DNA of 30,140 bases from a virus (taxonomy: Duplodnaviria; Caudoviricetes), in the IMG/VR virus record IMGVR_UViG_3300017784_003829, positions 1 to 30,140 of that record; one strand, given 5' to 3'. Below are positions 9,071 through 15,821 of the stretch, in pieces (the first letter of the stretch is position 1; each line of letters begins with the position of its first letter). Below the pieces are notes generated by a model, which ran no database searches, was not told the DNA's origin, and saw only the letters and a list, made by a program, of their open reading frames with translations. The position numbers were made by a program, and so were the translations under genes.

Positions 9071-10024
9071 TTAATTATTAATAATCATTTGACATTCAAA
9101 GACAGCAGCTAACATTGAAATAGCTGGGTCAATAACTGTAATTCTTTGTGATTGGTAATGAGCAACCTTAATTACGATTTGTGGAATCTTTCCAACAAGC
9201 GCAGGTTTATGTTCATTAATGTATTCAGGTAATTCCGTTCCTAATGAAGCAAGTACATCATCAACTTTATTCCCGTAATTTGTCATTAGGAATTTATAGT
9301 TTTCTTGTGGGTTTGCTGATTTAGCACAAACCATATCAAAGATATCTTTATAAGAATAGTTTAGTTTCTTAATATCTTCAATTTTGATTTCAGTCAATCC
9401 TTGCAAGATAAAACTTTGTACCTTTGTTACGATAGTTCGCATGTCAGGAAAGTTTCTCTTAACGAATTCAATTACTGCGTCCTTTTCAATTGTAATGTTT
9501 GCTGCTTTAAGGATTGCCCATGATCGTTTAATAAACTCAACCATAACTTCTTTCTCTTCTTCTTTTGATACGAAGTCAAAGGATATACAGTTGAAACGAG
9601 ATTGGACATTATCAGGGACTTTATTTATGTAGTTACAAGTACCTACGAATCTTGCGTTGTGTGCAAACTTTTCAATTGTACCACGAAGCGCCTTATAGAA
9701 TTGATCTGAGGCACCGTCCATCTCATCAAGAATAACAACTTTGTAAGCTTCAGCTCCATCAAGCAATGAAATGGTTGAACACCAGTTTGTTATTTTTTCT
9801 CGGATAATGTCAACTGAACTTTCATCAGATACGTTAATGTAAAGTACTGGGTACTTACTTGCTAATACTTTAGCTAAAGATGTTTTGCCTAATCCTGGGG
9901 ATCCGTAAAACAAGTAGTTTTGATGTAAGGCCCCATCGCCTACAACTTTTCTAATTCTTTCTGGAAGAATCATTTGTTCCAGATTTTTTGGTCTGTATTT
10001 TTCTGTAAATAGTTCTTGAATCAT
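9071..10024 (-). CDS. gp44: Clamp loader AAA+ large subunit (T4 gp44 / RFC-like)
   Basis: EKYRP, Walker A GSPGLGKT, INVSD, Walker B VVILDEMD, TCNY, QSRF (arginine finger), FPDMR. Confidence 0.96.
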   Translation of the reverse strand: MIQELFTEKYRPKNLEQMILPERIRKVVGDGALHQNYLFYGSPGLGKTSLAKVLASKYPVLYINVSDESSVDIIREKITNWCSTISLLDGAEAYKVVILDEMDGASDQFYKALRGTIEKFAHNARFVGTCNYINKVPDNVQSRFNCISFDFVSKEEEKEVMVEFIKRSWAILKAANITIEKDAVIEFVKRNFPDMRTIVTKVQSFILQGLTEIKIEDIKKLNYSYKDIFDMVCAKSANPQENYKFLMTNYGNKVDDVLASLGTELPEYINEHKPALVGKIPQIVIKVAHYQSQRITVIDPAISMLAAVFECQMIINN

Positions 10025-10068
10025 TTTAGATTTTATTTTAATTTATATTCATACAGTATACTATAGTT

Positions 10069-10647
10069 CTATCTAAAGCTTGGACCACCAAACCAAGCAA
10101 CAAGAATTTTCTTTTTTCCTTTTGTGACGGGCGTTACCTCATTTTTTAAATATGCAGGAAAGAAAGTACAATCACCTACTGATCTTGATGTTGTTATCTC
10201 AACTGTGGACTGTATGTTAAAATCACCACCTCGGTAATCATCGCTAGCAGTTAAGTTAATAACAACAGCAATCTTTCGATTATTATGTGGGAACTCATTA
10301 CCTAAGTCAATGTGTGAATTGATAAAATCACCTTCGTTTAATTCCATATAAACAATGTGTTCAAACATTTCAATATTTTCAAACTTAAATGTTTGGTCAT
10401 TTGCTTCTAAAGCAAGATCGTATATTTTACCATAGATCCAAGCATTATCATCAACATACGGAATATATGATATAATAAACTTGCCATCATCAGTACCTAA
10501 TACTACCGATTTCTTTGGAACAGATTCCAAATCTATTGCGTCAATGACTTTTATTAAATCAGATTTATCAAAAGTACCTTCGGCTACAACTGGGTGTAGC
10601 AAGAAGTTATTTCCTTCTTCAGGAGTTTCTCCAATTCTTAATCCCAT
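10069..10647 (-). CDS. 2OG-Fe(II) oxygenase fold protein (PKHD-type), apparently degenerate active site
   Basis: HID (HxD), RKIAVVINL, DYRGGDF, FFPAYLKNEVTPVTKGKKKILVAWFGGP. The distal His position is Asn. Confidence 0.85.
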   Translation of the reverse strand: MGLRIGETPEEGNNFLLHPVVAEGTFDKSDLIKVIDAIDLESVPKKSVVLGTDDGKFIISYIPYVDDNAWIYGKIYDLALEANDQTFKFENIEMFEHIVYMELNEGDFINSHIDLGNEFPHNNRKIAVVINLTASDDYRGGDFNIQSTVEITTSRSVGDCTFFPAYLKNEVTPVTKGKKKILVAWFGGPSFR

Positions 10648-11018
10648 TCTTTTTCAAATTGATACCAATGATCTGCACTTGCTGCGTAATCTAGAGCACG
10701 ACTACATATACGAGTCGTTTCTTCATCAGTGATTAATATTACATATTCTTTTGCTATGCTTATTGCCCGTTCCCATGACTCATCATGTGAAAGTCCTTCT
10801 GTTTTCATTACGTGATATCTAGATGACATAAAGATACCTCCTAATATAGATTTTACAACTCTATCAGTATCATAATATCTACGGCCATCATATTGCCCAT
10901 CACCAAAACGAAAATCTTTTCTACATTCAACAACTCGAGTCTTAAGATCTTCAATAAAAGTAGGATTATATGCTAACTCATCCCACGCGCACATCCCGTC
11001 AATTTTTACTTCTAACAT
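10638..11018 (-). CDS. Hypothetical protein (126 aa)
   Basis: ATG ORF directly downstream of the repeated promoter, overlapping the next gene. No motif recognised. Confidence 0.7.
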   Translation of the reverse strand: MLEVKIDGMCAWDELAYNPTFIEDLKTRVVECRKDFRFGDGQYDGRRYYDTDRVVKSILGGIFMSSRYHVMKTEGLSHDESWERAISIAKEYVILITDEETTRICSRALDYAASADHWYQFEKEWD

Positions 11019-11040
11019 ATTGTTTATTTTTAATTATAGT

Positions 11041-11096
11041 TAAATATAATACTTTTATTTGGGTTATGCAAATTTAATTACTCAAAGTTATTAACA
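11041..11096 (-). promoter_or_regulatory. Tripartite early/middle promoter, copy 2
   Basis: Same three elements and the same +21/+46 offsets as 8478-8533. Confidence 0.7.
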
Positions 11097-11605
11097 ATTT
11101 CATGCTTACTTAAATCTTCTCTATCATTAGACGTAAGAAGATTAAACATCATACATACTTCTAATATGTAACAGCTATGCTCAATGTTTTTGTTATTTGC
11201 GTGGCCTAATGTAAGATGCAGCGCAAAAAAAGGATCTCGTGATAAACCAAACTCTTCTCGAATATCTTCAACTTCTGGTGAATGAACTCGTAACCACCAA
11301 TGTTCTCCATTAGACCTTGGTTCAATTTCATAATAGAATGTTATTTCAGTACCGTGATATTTCTTTGCAAGTATATCCCATTTTTCTGTATCGGAATAAC
11401 GATCCGCAATAAACGATATGTGAGTTCCTCTTAATGTTTTATTTAGTTTTAGGCTAAATCGTTTTTCCAAGAACCAAGCGTAATATCTTTCAAGATCACA
11501 ATCAGTTTCAATTAGTGCATGCTTTTTCCATTCACTTTGGTTATTGTGTTTCTTTGTTTCGTTTGTAGGAAAAAAGTTTAATATGCCTTTTGTCTCTATT
11601 ACCAT
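11078..11605 (-). CDS. 2H phosphoesterase family protein
   Basis: Two H-x-(S/T)-hydrophobic motifs, GTHISFI and ALHLTLG, about 68 aa apart in a 175-aa protein. Confidence 0.75.
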   Translation of the reverse strand: MVIETKGILNFFPTNETKKHNNQSEWKKHALIETDCDLERYYAWFLEKRFSLKLNKTLRGTHISFIADRYSDTEKWDILAKKYHGTEITFYYEIEPRSNGEHWWLRVHSPEVEDIREEFGLSRDPFFALHLTLGHANNKNIEHSCYILEVCMMFNLLTSNDREDLSKHEIVNNFE

Positions 11606-11624
11606 TTTTTATTTTAAAATTAAT

Positions 11625-11653
11625 AAAAAAATCCCAGAGTATAAACCCTGGGA
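11625..11653 (-). terminator. Intrinsic terminator downstream of RlpA-like gene
   Basis: Minus strand TCCCAGGGT-TTAT-ACTCTGGGA-TTTTTTT (9-bp stem with one G-U pair, U7). Confidence 0.85.
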
Positions 11654-11671
11654 CAGTTATGTTATTAACAA

Positions 11672-12016
11672 TTATTTTTTTAGTGGCTCAATCTTAACAG
11701 GTATTCTGCCTATTTTAAGATTTCCAGATAACTTGTGGAAAGTTTCTTGTTTTAAGTCAATGTACTTTGGGTTTGACCCATTGCAGTCAGTAATTTCAAC
11801 GGTGTCAACTCGGTTGTTGATTAAGTTGGTTACTGTAAAGAATTGACCTCGTGATCCTTTGTAATACGCAGCCGTTGAATGTAGGCGATGTACTTTTGGG
11901 TGTGGCTTTGTGTTATACCAGGTTGCGGTACAACTGTGCAGATTATAGCTACTGCTCACGTCTACAAACGAACTCATCCCGAGAACGATTGAAATAATGA
12001 TGATTGCTTTTTTCAT
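11672..12016 (-). CDS. Secreted RlpA-like double-psi beta-barrel protein (putative lytic transglycosylase)
   Basis: Likely start MKKAIIIISIVLGMSS (signal peptide, ATG 12016). ATWY...TAA...VTNLINNRVDTVEITD...YIDLKQETFHKL..GRIPVKIE matches RlpA (ASWY..TAAH..VTNL.NG+SV.V.INDR...IIDLS..AA..L...G...V.+E). Confidence 0.8.
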   Translation of the reverse strand: MKKAIIIISIVLGMSSFVDVSSSYNLHSCTATWYNTKPHPKVHRLHSTAAYYKGSRGQFFTVTNLINNRVDTVEITDCNGSNPKYIDLKQETFHKLSGNLKIGRIPVKIEPLKK

Positions 12017-12057
12017 ATATTTTATATACATAATTAGTTAAAAAGTTTTTACATAAG

Positions 12058-12086
12058 AAAAAAACCCAGGAACCGAAGCTCCTGGG
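12058..12086 (-). terminator. Intrinsic terminator with C(UUCG)G tetraloop downstream of portal
   Basis: Minus strand CCCAGGAGC-TTCG-GTTCCTGGG-TTTTTTT. Confidence 0.93.
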
Positions 12087-12126
12087 AAAAACTCGATACA
12101 CCTTAATGTATCAAGGAATGTTTTTG

Positions 12127-13734
12127 TTACATGCCCATACCTGCATTTTGTATTTGCTGAGCAAGTTTCATATCTTCTAGATCTTGTTGTGCTTTTTCTT
12201 TCATGATTCTTTCATTTGCAGCAATATCATCTTGAGTTAATTTCAAGTATTTGTCTACAATGAATTTAGGAGCAAAGTAAGGAACGTCAACGTCCATACC
12301 TGTCGCATCCTTTTTCTTATCCATAATACCCATCATTGAAGTAGCAAAGTCAACTCGACGTTGGTTAATGTCCATTTGTTTAAGTTCCTCGAATACGTTA
12401 TCTTTATTAAAAGTTAATGCAAGAGTAGCTTTAAACAATTCATCTTCTGCTAAATCAGGGTATAAAAGACCCATTTGAATATACATTGGTTTAAGAAGTA
12501 TTTCTTGGAATATAGATCTTAAACGAGTAATGAATTTAAAGAAACGGATTTCTTCACGGTCAATACCATCAGCTTGAGCTTGATAAGAACCACCGCCACC
12601 AGATTTATCAAAACGAGAAAATGGAATTTTTGAATCTTCCATAACTTTATCTTTAAAATAACCAAGAGCATCAGTATCGCTTAAGTCAAATCCATCGCCA
12701 CCCATTACTGAGATATCTGGAGATTCACCATTTTTAGAAGGAAACAAGTAGTTTTTATAGAATTGCATTGACGGTGAACCGTTAATACTTAATTCACCAG
12801 AATCTTGGTCAAGATTAACATCTTCTTTATAAATGTTAATCATTTCTGCTAATGATTCTTTTGCCTTTTGTGGAGATTTAGTACCAATAGGAACAACCAT
12901 TTTTAAACGGAACGATGAATTCATAATGTTCCAAATAATTCTGGAGTTCTCCATGATTCTTAATAAGTTGAATGAACGAACCATTCTTTCAACGTATGAT
13001 ACACGACCGGTGAAATTTCCTTTTGCGTATGATATGTAAATGATTTGAGTATCAAGAAGAACCCTTTTCATTGACGGTATATCTTCATACTGTACCCATA
13101 TTTTTTTGTAAGTGCCATCTCCAGTTTTCTCAACACCAGGTCTTAATGAAATTGGATCAAGTTCTTTAAACCCTACAATGTTTTTTCCATCAGGATCGTA
13201 AATGATTTCAAAAGCAATAAAGCCATCAATCATTAACTGTCTAAAGTAAGCCCATCCATCATGGCCTTCAGTAAAGTGGAAGTGAGCATATATTTTTTTG
13301 AACTGCTGATTGATTTCTCCAACTATTTCTTGTGCGTTATCTGGAGAAAGTATTTCACGTACTCGAGAAACATCAACATTTGCAAAGTAATTTGAGTCAT
13401 CATAAACAATTGCTTCATCAGCAACAGTATCAACGATGAATTCAATTTCAGGGTTCATCGCAAATTTTCTCAAATAATCTCTACGAGCTTTATAATCTTT
13501 ATCAAAGAAGGCAATAAATTTCTTTTGCCCAACATCGGATAAAGCTAATGAATATAAAAATTCTTCGGGAAGATAACCTTGGTTACCGAATTCAGCTTCA
13601 GTAACACCAATTGCACGTGATTGTTTTACAACCATATCGTCGTAACGCATACCTAAACTTGCTAAGTTTTTTAAACTTTTAGATATTTGTCCGAATATAG
13701 GATTGACCCCTATTCTATCAATAAAACCTGCCAT
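12127..13734 (-). CDS. gp20: Portal protein (T4 gp20-like)
   Basis: 535 aa. R.FAMNPEIE..VD.VADEAIV, FRQLMIDG, ELDP, LRIMENSRIIW, NYLFPSKNG, YFKDK...SKIPFSRF, IDREEIRFFKFITRLRSIF. Confidence 0.95.
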   Translation of the reverse strand: MAGFIDRIGVNPIFGQISKSLKNLASLGMRYDDMVVKQSRAIGVTEAEFGNQGYLPEEFLYSLALSDVGQKKFIAFFDKDYKARRDYLRKFAMNPEIEFIVDTVADEAIVYDDSNYFANVDVSRVREILSPDNAQEIVGEINQQFKKIYAHFHFTEGHDGWAYFRQLMIDGFIAFEIIYDPDGKNIVGFKELDPISLRPGVEKTGDGTYKKIWVQYEDIPSMKRVLLDTQIIYISYAKGNFTGRVSYVERMVRSFNLLRIMENSRIIWNIMNSSFRLKMVVPIGTKSPQKAKESLAEMINIYKEDVNLDQDSGELSINGSPSMQFYKNYLFPSKNGESPDISVMGGDGFDLSDTDALGYFKDKVMEDSKIPFSRFDKSGGGGSYQAQADGIDREEIRFFKFITRLRSIFQEILLKPMYIQMGLLYPDLAEDELFKATLALTFNKDNVFEELKQMDINQRRVDFATSMMGIMDKKKDATGMDVDVPYFAPKFIVDKYLKLTQDDIAANERIMKEKAQQDLEDMKLAQQIQNAGMGM

Positions 13735-13752
13735 AATTTGTTTTTAGTTTTT

Positions 13753-13761
13753 GTATATATT
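13753..13761 (-). promoter_or_regulatory. Putative late promoter (AATATATAC) upstream of portal
   Basis: Variant of RATATATAA, 18 nt before the portal ATG. Confidence 0.5.
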
Positions 13762-14478
13762 TTATCTAGGTTTCTTATATTTTTTCTGATTAATTTTTGC
13801 TTCTTGTTGGTTAACTTTTTCTTTGTTCAATTCTGGTCTTGATTTTATGTACTCGCCCCAAACTTGACCTACAGATTTTCCTTTAAATTCTTTAGGTATG
13901 AAATACGGAATCATTTCCCAATCCTCAAACTCAATAATAACAGGTTGTCGCATTTGAGTTAATAGATAATTCCTATAAGCAAATTGATAACCAATTTTTG
14001 CTTGTTTGTTAAAGATTTTAATTGTAAAGTACCAATCAGTTAAATACTTCCAAGCTGTTCTTAAGAAACCTGGTTTATCTTGGTTTGCTCGTTTTTCCGC
14101 TTCTTCAATATAAGTTTGAAAAGTTCTGAAAAAATACTCTAGTGTTTGTACACGAGCCTTTTCAGGTAAGAAGTTTAGATTTAAACCTTGGACTATCATA
14201 TTGCCATTTTTAGCAACAAACTGACTATGAACAAGAACCATTGGCCTCGTGTCATAATAATCAAGAAAATCTTTATAGAGAGGATTATACTTCCAAGTAT
14301 AGATACGGCCAGGAATAAATGTTTTCATTTTCCTAACAGCAAATCTTTCTTCCGTTTCTAAAAATCCATGTTCTTGAAACGGTTTCTTGAAATACTTTTC
14401 GTTAAAAAATTGGAAAGCCTCTTTACGAAGCTTTCCTTTATTATCTTGTTCTTTATAAACTTCTAGAGGGCTTTTCAT
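13762..14478 (-). CDS. gp2: DNA end protector protein (T4 gp2-like)
   Basis: PGRIYTWKYNP..KDFLDYYDTRPMVL...GLNLNFLPEKAR matches gp2 (PG.+Y.F.YDP..K..LPYYD..PL+...GLNLHYLP...R). Adjacent to gp4. Confidence 0.82.
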   Translation of the reverse strand: MKSPLEVYKEQDNKGKLRKEAFQFFNEKYFKKPFQEHGFLETEERFAVRKMKTFIPGRIYTWKYNPLYKDFLDYYDTRPMVLVHSQFVAKNGNMIVQGLNLNFLPEKARVQTLEYFFRTFQTYIEEAEKRANQDKPGFLRTAWKYLTDWYFTIKIFNKQAKIGYQFAYRNYLLTQMRQPVIIEFEDWEMIPYFIPKEFKGKSVGQVWGEYIKSRPELNKEKVNQQEAKINQKKYKKPR

Positions 14479-14969
14479 TTTTCTACTTTAAATAAGAAAT
14501 CTTCAGTTACTACTAAAAACTTATAACCACGGCTTTCTGAAAATGCTTTTGCTGCTGCAAATTTTGCTCGGTTAATAATATATGTCTTAAGTGCGTAATT
14601 GTATCCTTTTAATTTTTTAGTTGTCAAATTCTTTCCTTCAAGAATCGGCATTTCCAATGAAGCCTTAGGCTTAACTTCAACAAAACAGTCAATAGGTTTA
14701 TCACCTTCCATAATTCTCATATAGAAGTCAACATAATAAGTATGTTCTCTATGATCTATTGGGCTGATGTATTTTACGCCTATTGGTTCTGATGACCATT
14801 TTGATACCGATAGCGATGTATCACAGTAACGACAGAAACGATGTTCCCATGAAGAGCGGTATATAATTTTACTTGGATCACCAATATATTTTTCGGGATT
14901 AGCTAATTTGTAATACCCCTGTCTATAACCGCTTTTGTGGTTTGGTTTATTTGACTTAATATCACTCAT
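14475..14969 (-). CDS. gp4: Head completion nuclease (T4 gp4-like, TnsA-type PD-(D/E)XK)
   Basis: NPEKYIGD...IIYRSSWE..FC..CD......WSSE...Y.SP.D...H.YYVDF...VEVKP...N.AK..AA...F.VVTE. Confidence 0.92.
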   Translation of the reverse strand: MSDIKSNKPNHKSGYRQGYYKLANPEKYIGDPSKIIYRSSWEHRFCRYCDTSLSVSKWSSEPIGVKYISPIDHREHTYYVDFYMRIMEGDKPIDCFVEVKPKASLEMPILEGKNLTTKKLKGYNYALKTYIINRAKFAAAKAFSESRGYKFLVVTEDFLFKVEK

Positions 14970-14980
14970 TACAATTAATC

Positions 14981-15325
14981 TTAAAAGCTATAAAGGTTTT
15001 CGTTACTTAATGAAATTTTATTTGTTGCACTGATAGGATGTAATTTCCTCCAGCCTTTAGCAAATCCATTTTTAATCATTTGTGTATAATAAGCAAACGG
15101 ATATTTTGATTTTTCAGGATTGAAAGATCTCCAATATTTTACTACATCCATTAAAGCAAATGCGATACAATCTTTACGATCTTCTTCATCTTTATACTTT
15201 AATCTTCTTGATGCTCCTTCTGCCATAAGCTGAAACATTTCGATTGCTCTACGAGTCAATTCGTCTTTTTCTTTTGATAATAAAATTTCTGTGCGAAATT
15301 CTTCGGGGTCTACGTAATTTGCCAT
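14981..15325 (-). CDS. gp55: Late transcription sigma factor (T4 gp55-like), very compact
   Basis: NYVD..EF, Y..EEDRKDCI..A..DVVKYWRSFNPEKSKYPFAYYTQMIKNGF resembles gp55 region 2 (F+PEKS.NPFAYFTQI...AF). Confidence 0.85.
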   Translation of the reverse strand: MANYVDPEEFRTEILLSKEKDELTRRAIEMFQLMAEGASRRLKYKDEEDRKDCIAFALMDVVKYWRSFNPEKSKYPFAYYTQMIKNGFAKGWRKLHPISATNKISLSNENLYSF

Positions 15326-15332
15326 AACTTTC

Positions 15333-15821
15333 TTAATTTGGGTTTAGTCCACTTGTTTTATCCTGTTCAGACTGGAGGCTATTAACGTAGGCTTTTAATT
15401 CATCGATGCATTTCACAATTGAGTCTGTCGACAAATTGGAGTTATCTTCAACTGTAGATTTTATATCAGAAAGTGCTGTAACAACTTGATTAACAGTATC
15501 CTTTAATTTTTCTACTATGCCAGTTAATTCATCTGGTGTGTTTTCGCCAGTCTTAGGGTTATTTTCAGTATCCTTTTCAGATTTATATACACCAGTTTCA
15601 TTTAGTTCTGTACTATCTTTTTTTTTAAAACTAAAATTAGCCTCCTTAAGTCCAACAGTTCCGCCATCACCTTGAGTTTCTATTTCAAGATCATTGCCTG
15701 GTTGGGTTTCGGAGGCTTTTTTAATAACTTTAATATCACGAGGAAGTACTTTATTGGTTGTACCGTCTTCGTGCTTAATGATTATAGACTTGTCTGAAGG
15801 GTCAGTCCCTATAATTACTGC
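15333..15821 (-). CDS. ATG-less 162-codon frame, probable -1 frameshift extension of the 525-aa ORF
   Basis: Open from GCA 15821-15819 to TAA 15335-15333: AVIIGTDPSDKSIIIKHEDGTTNKVLPRDIKVIKK...SGLNPN*. It fills the 490-nt gap, ends 7 nt before the gp55 ATG, and has no ATG. Confidence 0.8.
   Translation of the reverse strand, partial: AVIIGTDPSDKSIIIKHEDGTTNKVLPRDIKVIKKASETQPGNDLEIETQGDGGTVGLKEANFSFKKKDSTELNETGVYKSEKDTENNPKTGENTPDELTGIVEKLKDTVNQVVTALSDIKSTVEDNSNLSTDSIVKCIDELKAYVNSLQSEQDKTSGLNPN

Noticed and set aside
12095-12112. Small hairpin GATACA-CCTTAA-TGTATC between the portal stop and the terminator
   Set aside because: A 6-bp AT-rich stem is plausible by chance, and the adjacent UUCG terminator explains the region.
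14475-14969. TnsA-like nuclease as evidence of a Tn7 transposon or homing endonuclease
   Set aside because: Its motifs and adjacency to gp2 and portal fit T4 gp4. No transposon ends or tnsB/C are present.
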